From Vulcanimicrobiota bacterium (GTDB lineage: Bacteria; Vulcanimicrobiota; Vulcanimicrobiia; Eremiobacterales; Eremiobacteraceae): DNA of 64,000 nt. The translations under genes and the position numbers were made by a program. Below are positions 27,625 to 37,163 of this stretch, in pieces (positions within the stretch are counted from its first letter, which is position 1; the number at the start of each line of letters is the position of its first letter). A model generated the notes under the pieces. That model did not search any database. It was given only the letters and a program-made list of their open reading frames with translations, and was not told where the DNA came from. The stretch lies in assembly GCA_963805945.1 (NCBI GenBank), contig CAWDVP010000008.1, positions 7,319-71,318 on the forward strand. Direction: 5' to 3'.

Positions 27625-30018
27625 AGAGCTTCTTCAGCGGCTCCGACCACGCGGCCCGCGCGTCGCCGAGCGGTACGTCACAGGCGCCGGCGACGGTGAT
27701 GTTCGGGCCGCCGGTCACACCGAGGCGCAGCGCTCGTGCGGGCACGGCGGCGCAGATCGCTTCGAAGGCGGCGACCTTATCGCGCGCCACTTCGACGACG
27801 AAGCCGGGCTGCTCGCCGAACAGCGCCGCCTGCAGGTCGACATCGCGCGCCCATTCGCGCGGGTCGACGAGACGCGCCCCGAGGGCGCCGTCGGCATCGC
27901 CGCCCAAACACATCTCCGCGACGCAGGCGAGCAGCCCGCCGTCCGAGATGTCGTGCGCTGCGCTGATGACGCCCTCCCGTATCCCGTTGACGACCGCGCA
28001 GAATCGAGGCGTTCGCCTCGGCGTAGTCGAGCGTCGGCAGGTCGGACGCATCGCCGGCAGCGCCGCCGGTCGCCGCTGCCAGCACCGATCCGGCGAGCTT
28101 GTCCGTGCGAGCGCCGAACAGGAAGAGCAGTCGATCCGGCGCGGTGATCTGCATGGTGGCGACGCGGGCGACGTCGTCGACGCGGCCGATGCAGGCGACG
28201 ATCGCCGAGGGTGCGATCGCGCGACCCGCCGACGACTCGTTGTACAGACTCACGTTGCCGCTCACGAACGGCAGCGGCTCGCCCGGCGCGTTGAGCTGGA
28301 GCGATGTCGCCGCTTCCGCGAGTCCCTCGATGCCGTCGACGAGTTGGCGATAGGCGATCGGATCCTCGGGATTGCCGTAGTTCAGGCAATCGGTGAGACC
28401 GATCGGCTGCGCTCCGACTGCCGCGACGTTGCGCGCGGACTCGACGACCGCGTGCGCCGCCGCGAGCTTCGCGCTGAGGGCGCCGTAGCGGGGATTGCCG
28501 TCGACCGAGAGCGCGATGCCTGCGCGCTCGCCGCGCTTGATGATGAAGACGCCGGCGTCCGCATAGCCAGACGGGATGACCGTGGCGCCGCGCACGAACA
28601 TATCGTAATGGGTGATGAGCGGCCGCCGGCTGCACACGTCCAGATGGGAGAGAACCGCCAGCAACGCTCGACTGAAGTCGACCGCTCCATTTCCACGGCG
28701 TATGGAGCGGTCGGATTTATCCGACCGGAGCTCTATCGGCGGCGCCGCTTTCCGCTCCGCCACGATCGGGCCTGCGAGCACGTCGATCGGCAGGTCGATC
28801 AACTTTTCGCCGGCGGCGCGCACGACGTAGCGTTTCGCCTCCGTCACCGTGCCGATGACCGCGGCGCGCGCGTCGGCGGCGATCTCCGGCAGCGTGAAGT
28901 GCTGGTTGTAGATCTGGAGCAGCCGTCGGCGTGAACGATGGCGGCACCGCCCACAGCATGCGCTCTTGCGTCTCCGCGCAGGCGATGACGAAGGGCGGCA
29001 GCCCGCTCGCCGCCTGCGGCACTTTGTCGATGTCGATCGCGGCCCCGAATCCGCCGGCGTTGCTCAGCTCACACGAGCTGCCCATGATGCCGCCGGCGCC
29101 GAGGTCCTTGAAACCGACCTGCAGCCCGAGCCGCTCGATCTCCGCGAACACCGCGTATGACGCGCGCATGATAACGCTCTTGAGGAACGGATCGGGGACC
29201 TGGACCGCGCTCTTGTTGGCCTGCGCTTCCGCCGCGTCGAGCACCAGCGAGGCGAACGCGGCGCCGCCGAAGCCCGATGCGTCGGTCGCCTTGCCGACGA
29301 GCACGAGATCGTATCCGGCGCCGCCGGCCGGCACGCGGCTATGAAGGATGCGGTCGGCGCGCACGATGCCGAGCGCCACCACGTTCACCAGGCAATTGTC
29401 GGTGAACGACTCGTTGAAGTAGACGTCGCCGGCGATGTTCGGCACGCCGACAGCGTTGCCGTACCCGCCGATCCCGTCCACCGCGGCCGCCGCGACGTAT
29501 GCGGCATGCGAGCCGGGCGTCGGCAGGCCGAAGCGCAGCGGATCGGCGCTCGCCACGACCTCGGCGCCCATGCACAACACATCGCGCAGGATGCCGCCGA
29601 CGCCGGTCGCCGCTCCCTCGAACGGCACGACCTGCGATGGATGGTTGTGGCTCTCGTGCGCCACGACGACGCCGTAGTCCACGCCGTCGAGGGTGGCCGC
29701 GCGCAAAATGCCGGCATCTTCGCCGACGCCGACGAGCACGTCGGCGCTGCGCACCGGCAGCGCTTTGAGCAACGGCCGCGAGCTCTTATACGAGCAATGC
29801 TCGCTCCACTGGATCGCGAACGCGTGGGCTTCGGCGCGCGTCGGATCGCGTCCGATGCGCGCTGCGATGGAGCGCAGTTCTTCCGCCGAAAGCGCGAGCG
29901 CCTCGCGGCGTGCGAGGCGCTTGAGGTCCTCGTCCGAGGCGCCGGTGATCGAAAGCGGCTCCGCCGACAAGGAGACTGATGGAGCGGTCGATGCCGTTCG
30001 ACCGTCCTTTTCTCTCAC
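27617..30018 (-). CDS. purL: phosphoribosylformylglycinamidine synthase II; two frame breaks (~28928, ~28000) and two in-frame palindromic-repeat insertions
   Basis: WSEHCSYKSS, HESHNHPS and GGYGNAVGVP (ORF 28717-30018). LLQIYNQHF..ITHYD..SGNVSLYNE (ORF 27777-28847). AAHDISDGGL..tail (ORF 27617-28051). GTG 30018 overlaps the upstream stop (GTGA). An alternative TTG start lies near 29966. Confidence 0.9.
28666..28727. repeat. pair of inverted REP-like hairpins (subfamily B) inside the purL coding sequence
   Basis: GCTCGAC-TGAA-GTCGACCGCTCCA (28666-28689), 13-nt spacer, TGGAGCGGTCGGA-TTTA-TCCGACCG (28703-28727). Translated in frame as ELRSDKSDRSIRRGNGAVDFS. Confidence 0.75.
29980..30007. repeat. 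single REP-like hairpin (subfamily B) at the 5' end of purL
   Basis: TGGAGCGGTCGA-TGCCG-TTCGACCGTCC. If GTG 30018 is the start it encodes DGRTASTAPS. Otherwise it lies in the short gap upstream of TTG ~29966. Confidence 0.75.
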
Positions 30019-31286
30019 GCGCCGGTCTTACCGTTGGGCGGCGCGTTGAGCCGTGCGTCCGATGCGATGACGTTGTTGCGGCTGCGATACTGCGAGACGA
30101 GCACCCTGCCGTAGAGCACGGTGTCGTCGACCGCGAGGATCTTCGCCGCCGCGAGCGCCGCGTTCTCGGGCTCGAGCACGACCGTGCTCGCCACGCCCGA
30201 GGGCAGGTGCAGGCTCGAAAGCACTTCCATGCCGCCCCAATTCGAGCCGATGACCGGACACGCGATGACCGGGTTGGCGGTCGCCGCGTCCACGAACGCG
30301 GAGAGCGCATTGCTCCGCCCGGCGATGGTGATATAGACGACGCGACCCAACGTGCTGTCGGTCTGCTGGATGCGTGTCAGCGCGAACACCGGCGTCTTGT
30401 GCGCCGAGGCGACATGCTTGGTGTTGGGCACGCCGAGCGCGGAGAGCGCCTTGGCGATGCGCTCCGCGTGCGCCGCGTCCGACGCCGAGCCCATCATGAT
30501 CGACACGAAACCACCGCTGCTCTTCTGGAAACGCGCGACCCGCTCGGCGACCTCTTCGTACTTGTCTTTGACGTCGCTCAGATCGCTGTCTTTGGGCGCG
30601 CTCATGTTGCGGTAGACCTGCTTGTCGAGCATGCGCGTCTGGTCGCCCGCCGGCCAGATCCGCCACGAGTCGTTGTCGATGACGTCGGCGAGCAGGATCT
30701 CGCTGCCGCCGCCGGCGCTCGGGATGCGGCCGAACTCCACCTTGAGGTCGACGAGCTGGACGTCTTGCTGCTTCCACGCATGGGCGAGGATCTCGAACAC
30801 GAGCCGGGCTTGGTCGCTCATCTCGACGATTTCCGCCGGCGTGGCGATCTTCTCGGCGACGATCTGCTCGGCGGTGTACTGCGGGTCGTGGCGCGCGTCG
30901 TCTTTGAAGAAATACTCGACGAGGCGCGGCGCGAAGATCGTGCCTTGCGCCACGCCCGGGTTGCGCTTGAGGTAGGAGCCGGCCGCGACGCCGCGCACCA
31001 CCACCTCGATCGGGATCATCTCGCATCGGCGTACGACCATCTCGTTGTCGTCGGCGTCTTCGCCGCCGCTCAAGTAGTGGGTCGGCAAGCCGCATGCGTT
31101 GAGCAGGCGGAAGATCCGCGCCGTGGTGAGCGCCGCGAGGCGGCCCTTGCCGGTGATGGTATTGCGTTTGGCGCCGTCGCCGGCGGTGATGCTGTCCTGC
31201 GACGACACGATCACCGCGTCGGGCTGATCCGGGTGCTGGTAGAGGACCTTCGTCTTGCCCCGGGCGACTTCGACTCCCTTATGCAT
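30015..31286 (-). CDS. purCE: bifunctional SAICAR synthetase / class II AIR carboxylase (PAICS-like PurC-PurE fusion)
   Basis: Collinear with animal PAICS as I recall it: GKTKVLY..SQDSITAGDGAKRN, CEMIPIEVVVRGVAAGSYLKRNPGV, FFKDDARHDPQ, LADVIDNDSWRIWPAGD, then SAHKTP, IAGRSNAL, PVIACP and SSLHLPSG (class II PurE signatures). Intact 423 aa. Confidence 0.9.
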   Translation of the reverse strand: MHKGVEVARGKTKVLYQHPDQPDAVIVSSQDSITAGDGAKRNTITGKGRLAALTTARIFRLLNACGLPTHYLSGGEDADDNEMVVRRCEMIPIEVVVRGVAAGSYLKRNPGVAQGTIFAPRLVEYFFKDDARHDPQYTAEQIVAEKIATPAEIVEMSDQARLVFEILAHAWKQQDVQLVDLKVEFGRIPSAGGGSEILLADVIDNDSWRIWPAGDQTRMLDKQVYRNMSAPKDSDLSDVKDKYEEVAERVARFQKSSGGFVSIMMGSASDAAHAERIAKALSALGVPNTKHVASAHKTPVFALTRIQQTDSTLGRVVYITIAGRSNALSAFVDAATANPVIACPVIGSNWGGMEVLSSLHLPSGVASTVVLEPENAALAAAKILAVDDTVLYGRVLVSQYRSRNNVIASDARLNAPPNGKTGA

Positions 31287-32680
31287 GCGTTGCTTTCTCC
31301 ATCGCGCGGACTTTCGCCGCGAAGAGGTGTGCGCGCTCGGCGGCGAGGCCGACGTGCGCCGCGGGTTCTAGGAGTGCTTTCATCTCCGCCGGTTTGAGGT
31401 GGACGGTGAACGCCTCATCCTTTGACAGCATCTCCGGCAGCGGGTTTTTCTCGTCCTTCTCTATCGCTTCCCAGGCCTTCATCGAGGCTTCCCGCAGCTT
31501 CTCGTGCAGCGCCTGCCGGTCGGCGCCGCGCCGCGCCGCCGCCATGAGCACCGCCTCGGTCGCGGCGAACGGGCCGAAGGTGGCGAGGTTCGCGGCGATC
31601 CGATTCTTGTCGACCCGTAGGCCGCTCATCACCTTGCTCGCCAGCGAGACGATCTCGTCGGCGGCCAAAAAGCTCTCCGCCAGCACGAAGCGGCGGTTCG
31701 CGGAATCGTCGAGCGTGCGTTCGAGCAGGTTGTCCGCGGCGTTCTGCCACGTCACCATCGCGTTGGCGGCGATCGGGCCGCGCGAGCGAGCAGATGCGCT
31801 CGCACATGATGGGATTGCGCTTGAACGGCATCGCCGACGAGCCGACCTGTTTGGCCTCGAAGGGCTCGCCTACTTCGCCGAACGGGCTGCTCGCCAGCAC
31901 GCGCACGTCGAAGGCGAATTTGCTCGCGGTCGCGGCGAGCGCGGCGACGTTGGCCACGACGATATAATCGAGGCGCCGCGAGTACGTCTGCCCTGTGATG
32001 AGCGACGCGGTCAGCCCGAACGCCGACATGACGTCGCGTTCGACCTGGTCGGGCGTGACGTCCGAGCCCTTGAGCAGCGCCGCGTACGACGCAGAAGTGC
32101 CCACCGCGCCGCGCAGCCCTTTGCTCGGCAGCCACGCGGCGAGGCATTTCAGATTCTCGTAGTCGAGATAGAGATCGTGCGCCCACAGGCTCATGCGATA
32201 GCCGAGCGTCGTGGGCTCGGCCGCCTGCAGATGCGTGTACGCCATGCACGGCAGGTCGGCGTATTTCTCGATCTGCCCGGCGAAGACATCGAGCAGCGAG
32301 CGCAGCCCGTCGCTGAGCATCGAAAGCGCCTGCTTCAGGCGCGCGGTCTCGACGTTGTCCTCGACGTCCATGGAGGTCGCGCCGAGGTGCAGCTTGCCGC
32401 CGCCGAGCTTGGCCTGCCTCGCGTAGACGCGCAGTTCGGCCATGAGGTCGTGATGGATCTCTTTTTCGATCTCGTGGGCTGCCGCCAGATCCACCGCGTC
32501 CACGTGGCGGCGCAGGTCCGCCAGCTCTTCCTCGGTGACCAGGCCCGCCTTGGCCTGCGCGGTCGCCAGCTCGAGCCAGAGCCGGCGCCACATGCGGCGT
32601 TTGGTCTCCTCGGAGAACAGTTCGCGCATAGCGGGACGGCCGTATCGCCAGGAAAACGGTGAGGAATACGCTGTTGTCAC
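31279..32680 (-). CDS. purB: adenylosuccinate lyase; one frame break ~31778
   Basis: HLGATSMDVEDN and GSSAMPFKRNPIMCERI (ORF 31415-32680) continue as MVTWQNAADNLLERTLDDS.. (ORF 31279-31758). The 3' end overlaps the purCE start by 8 nt. Confidence 0.92.
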
Positions 32681-32791
32681 TGTGCTGATTTCGTTCGGCG
32701 CGGGACGCTAGCGCCCTTTCCGAGCCTCAAGAGAGAGCGGTAAATCCGCCGCATCGAGGACCCGCATCCAACAGGTGAACAATCGCTATGT

Positions 32792-33818
32792 CTATTTCCG
32801 CGCCGTGAGGCGCACGATCACTTCTTCGAGCGCTTGGTCAGCCTGACGCCGGCCCGTGATCGAACGCTCGAGCGCCGCCATCGTGACGTCGACACGCTCT
32901 TTCAATTCTTTCTTCGACAGGCCGCGTCCGACGCCCAAGAGCTTGTTGACGCGCCACGCGTTCTGACCGCTCGCGGTGGCGTATTCATTGCCGCGCGCGC
33001 CGTTGTGCAGTTCCCAGATGATCTGCTGCTCGCCGGCGAGCCACACTAGCGGGCCGATCGCCGCGCTCGGATCGGTCGTGAGCTCCTTCGCGAGCTTGAG
33101 CGCGAGATCGGTTTTGCCGTCGTTGATCGCGCCGGCGAGGTCCCAGAACTTCACATCGCTGCTCGGCAGCGCGTACTCGCGCACGTCCGCCTCCTTGATG
33201 TCCTTCTTCAGCAGCGACAGCAGGTCGATGGCGTTCTTGATCTCGGCGACGTTCTCGAGCGAGGCGAGCGCGTTCACCGCGCCGGCGTCCATCGCCACCT
33301 TGATCTGCGCGGCATAGTCCTCGATGTACTTCTTGCAGCCCGCCGCGTTGAGCGTCACGTCGATGACGATCGAATCGTCGCAGGCCTTGGCGAATGCCGC
33401 CGCCTCGTCCATCGGCTTGCGTCCTTGCGGCCTGGAAGGCTTGCCGCTGTGGTCGATGAGCAGCAGCGCCTGCTCGGGCGTGTCTTCCGCTGCGGAGACG
33501 ATCTCGTCGCGGTCTTCCTTCTTGAGATCGATGGTGCCGCGCACCACCACGACGCGGCGCGCGGCGAGGAACGGCATCGCGGCGGTCTTCTCGGCGATCG
33601 CGCCCAAGCCGCCCGCGCCGCGCGCATCCACGACGTCGACGTTGAGCGCGCGCATCGATGCATCGGGCACTGCCGCGGCGAGATCAGCCGTGCCACGACC
33701 TCGTCCGCGAGGATCGTCTCCTTGCCCGCGATCACCACGAGCCGAGGCGGCCAGTGCGGCTGGGCTGGCGGCGAACTGCAGAGTAGCCGATCTTGCCCGC
33801 CGGCTTCTTCGCAGGCAC
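32792..33818 (-). CDS. holA: DNA polymerase III delta subunit; start uncertain, 1-3 frame breaks in the first ~60 codons (~33672, ~33735, ~33780)
   Basis: [19 protein letters not shown] (ORF 33355-33738), then [34 protein letters not shown].. to the end of ORF 32792-35026. Candidate starts are GTG 33818 and GTG 33738. Confidence 0.75.
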
Positions 33819-33819
33819 C

Positions 33820-34911
33820 TTAGGGACGGACCGCCGCGCGGATCGGCTCGCGCGCGAGCATCTCCGCGATGGCGACGCCGAACGGCGGCCGCAGGTCGCC
33901 GAACTCGGTCGCGAAGGCGCTGATATAGACGAGCAGGCGTCACGTCGAACGACGGATTGGCGACCGGCGCGTCCGGCGGCGCGATCGGCGTGCCGCGCAC
34001 TTGCAGCACTTCTTTCGCATCGCGCTCCTCGATCGGGATATCGTCGCCTGTCGCCATGCTCGCGTCGAACGTCGAACGCGGCGCCGCGACGTAAAAGGGT
34101 ATGCCGTGCTCGCGTGCGAGCACCGCGAGACCGTAGCTGCCGATCTTGTTCGCGGTGTCGCCGTTGGCGGCGATGCGGTCGGCGCCCACGATGACGGCTC
34201 CGATCTCGCCGCGGCGCATGAAGTAGGCCGCCATGCGCGTCGGTGATGAGCGTGAACGGGATGCCGTCGCCGAGCAGCTCGTACGTGGTGAGCCGCGCGC
34301 CCTGCAGCTGCGGGCGCGTCTCGCCCACGTACACCGCGCGCAGCTTGCCCGCGCGCCAAGCGGAGCGGATGACGCCGAGCGCCGTGCCGTAACCGCCGGT
34401 GGCGAAGTCGCCGGTATTGCAATGGGTGAGCACTTGCACGCCGTCGGGCAGCAGCGCCTCGCCGGCGGCGCCGATGCGGCGGCATGCCTCGATATCGTCA
34501 GCGTGCAGCGCCGCGGCCGCGACCTGCAGCTGTGCGGCGACGGTCTTGGCCGACGCACCGCCGTTGATGTTGCGCTTGGCCTCGTTGAGCAATTCGTTGA
34601 CCGCCCAAGGCAGGTTGACCGCGGTCGGCCGCGCCGACGCGAGCGTCTGCGCCGCGTCGGAGAGCATGGCGAGGAAATGGTCCGGGCTATCGGCTTTTTG
34701 CGCCGCGTCGAGCGCCGCGATCGCCAGGCCGTATGCCGCCTGCGATGCCGATGGCCGGCGCGCCGCGCACGCGCATCTCGCGGATCGCGTTGACGACCGC
34801 CGCCGGCGAGTCGAGCGACAGCACCTCGACCGCGTCGGGCAGTTTGGTCTGATCGATGAGGCGCAGGATTGCCGGCTCGTAGGCGATGTGCGGCGGGCGC
34901 TGCGGGGTCAT
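33820..34911 (-). CDS. mtnA: S-methyl-5-thioribose-1-phosphate isomerase (eIF-2B alpha/beta/delta family); three frame breaks (~34738, ~34240, ~33925)
   Basis: [20 protein letters not shown]|[46 protein letters not shown] and [10 protein letters not shown]|[10 protein letters not shown], ending TAA 33820-33822. The pieces lie in four ORF-track frames. ATG 34911 overlaps the upstream stop (ATGA). Confidence 0.85.
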
Positions 34912-36220
34912 GCGCGCGCGAACTCCTGGTCGGCGACGCTGAGCGCCTCGCCGATGATGCGCGCCGCCTCGTCCGCCTGCGCGATGGTGACGACGAGCGG
35001 CGGTTGGATCCGCAGCGTGCTCGCATACAGCCCGCCGCGCCCGATGAGCAGGCCTTTGTCTTTGCACAGGTTGAGGACGCGCTCTGCCGCTGCCCCGGCC
35101 GGCTCTTTGGTGGCGCGATTGATGACGAGTTCCACGCCGATCATGAGCCCGCGCCCGCGCACCTCGCCGACGATCGGATGACGCGCGGCAAGCGCGCGCA
35201 GCGACGCCATGAGGTGCGCGCCGACCTTGCCGGCGTTGGCCGTCAGGTTCTCTTCTTCTACCACCTCGAGCGCGGCGACCGCGGCGCGCGAGGACAGCGG
35301 ATTGCCGCCGAACGTGTTGATATGCGGTCCTTGATATGCGTCGGCGATCTCCCGGCGCGCGATCACCACCGAGATCGGCAGTCCGTTGCCCAGGCCCTTC
35401 GCCGAGGTGATGATGTCCGGCGTGACGCCCCAATCGGTGATCCCGAACATGTTCGAGCCGAGCCGGCCCCATGCCGTCTGCACTTCGTCGGCGATGAAGA
35501 GGATGCCGTGGCGGTCGAGGATCTCCTTGACCTTCGGGTAGTACTCGGGCGGCGGCGTGATGATGCCGCCGACGCCTTGGATCGTCTCGGCGAAGTAACC
35601 GGCGACGTGGCCAGACGTCTCGGTCTTGATGATGTTCTCGATGGCGTCCGCGCACGCGATCTCGCACGATGGATAGGTGAGGTTGAGCGGGCAGCGATAG
35701 CAGTACGCGTTGGGCGCGAACACGATCTTGCTCGGCTCGCCGCCGAAGTTGCGCCACGCCGCTAAGCCGGTGATGCCCACCGTCCACGCGGAGCGGCCGT
35801 GGTAGGCGTGGGCGAGCGCGATGAACTCCGAATGTTTGGTGAAGTGGCGGGCCAGCACGCGCCGCCAGTTCATTCGCCTCGGTGCCGGAGTTGCCGATGA
35901 AGACCTTGTCCAGGCCGGGCGGCGAGATCTCGGAGAGCTTCTCCGCCAGATCGAGCATCGGCTCGTTCAAGTACAAGCGTCGAGGTGTGGACGATCTTGT
36001 CCACCTGATCGTGGACGGCGGCCTTCACCTTCGGGTGGTTGTGGCCGGCGACGAGCACCGCGATGCCGGCGAAGAAGTCGAGATAGCGGCGGCCTTCGTC
36101 GTCGGTGACATACGCGCCGTCACCCGAGACCAACGTCAGCGGCTCCGGATAGTAGGTCTTGGCGCAGTCCATGAGATACGCGGCCTTGCGTGCTGCGTTG
36201 CGGTTCGCTACTTTCGCCAT
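34908..36220 (-). CDS. class-III pyridoxal-phosphate aminotransferase; two frame breaks (~35980, ~35875)
   Basis: [18 protein letters not shown] (ORF 35870-36253), [22 protein letters not shown] (frame of ORF 34687-35976) and [31 protein letters not shown] (ORF 34908-35873). Confidence 0.85.
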
Positions 36221-36314
36221 GGTGGCGCTGAAGGTTCTACGCCCCCGGCACACGCGCCCCCCGGGGCACGCGCCGCGCGGGGATGGCGCGTGCTCCGGGC
36301 GAACGCGCCAGCGC

Positions 36315-37148
36315 GTGCATCACCATTTCCGGCTTGCCTTGGCCTGCGCGGTCGCGGTCGGCGTCGCGGCGCTCGCGTCGCCGCTGGGCGCCCGATCCGA
36401 CGATGCGCCGGCCGACGACGATCCCTGCCTTTCGCTGCTCGCGGTCGTCAACAGGCCCACCATCGGCACGAGTCCGTGCTCGGTCAAGCCCGGCAAGGTG
36501 CTATTGGAAGCAGGCTACACGAACGGGGCGTCCGGCGACCTTCACATCAACCTCGCCACCGCGCCGCAGTCGGTGTTCCGCATCGGTCTGCCGCACGATC
36601 TCGAGGTCGACGTCACGCCGCCGTCGGAGAACTGGCAGTCCACGGCGGGCGGTGTCGCGAGCGCGGGCACGAGCGATTCCGGCATCGGCATCAAGTACGA
36701 GATCGGGCACCATCGACGCTTCGCGTATGCGGCCGGTCTCAACGCGACGTTTCCGACTGGTTCGCTCTCCTTCACCAGCGGCTCGCCCGTGTACACGTTG
36801 AGTTTCGACGAGTCGTATGCGCTCAGCCGCACCGTCGGCCTAGCCGCGTCGCAGTACGTCATCAGCGCGACCGGGAGAAATGCGGCCGGCGGACTGACGC
36901 GCTTCATCTCCTTCGCACCCACGGTCGTCGTCAGCCAGGCGTTGGGCCTGGACGCGCAAGCGTATCTCGAAGGGTATAGCGCGATCCCGTTCACACCGGG
37001 CGGCGGACCGCGCTACTTCTACGATGGGGGCGTGCAGCAGGCGATCGCCAACCGCGTGGAGCTCGACGTCGAGGTGGGATCGAACTTCGCGACCGCTTCG
37101 AGCGGTCATTCGCACTACGTCGGGTTCGGCCTCGCGATATTGTTCTGA
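36315..37148 (+). CDS. outer-membrane beta-barrel channel (MetA-pathway/transporter-like family)
   Basis: GTG 36315 starts signal peptide MHHHFRLALACAVAVGVAALASPLGA. Alternating beta-strand pattern, and the C-terminus ends ..VGFGLAILF (terminal Phe). Confidence 0.7.
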   Translation: MHHHFRLALACAVAVGVAALASPLGARSDDAPADDDPCLSLLAVVNRPTIGTSPCSVKPGKVLLEAGYTNGASGDLHINLATAPQSVFRIGLPHDLEVDVTPPSENWQSTAGGVASAGTSDSGIGIKYEIGHHRRFAYAAGLNATFPTGSLSFTSGSPVYTLSFDESYALSRTVGLAASQYVISATGRNAAGGLTRFISFAPTVVVSQALGLDAQAYLEGYSAIPFTPGGGPRYFYDGGVQQAIANRVELDVEVGSNFATASSGHSHYVGFGLAILF

Positions 37149-37163
37149 CGGGCGATCGAGCCG

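Noticed and set aside
32681-32791. Purine or ZTP riboswitch in the 111-nt purB leader
   Set aside because: I read the minus-strand leader and found neither the purine-riboswitch loop-loop core nor the ZTP (pfl) conserved GGGUCGUGAC...CCGCCUGGGCA-type elements. Only generic GC hairpins are present. A covariance-model scan would be decisive.
32792-35026. 744-aa ORF as a single protein
   Set aside because: It is a chimera. Only its last ~290 codons (holA) and a middle stretch (part of mtnA) carry homology. The remainder is Arg-rich out-of-frame read-through joined by frame breaks.
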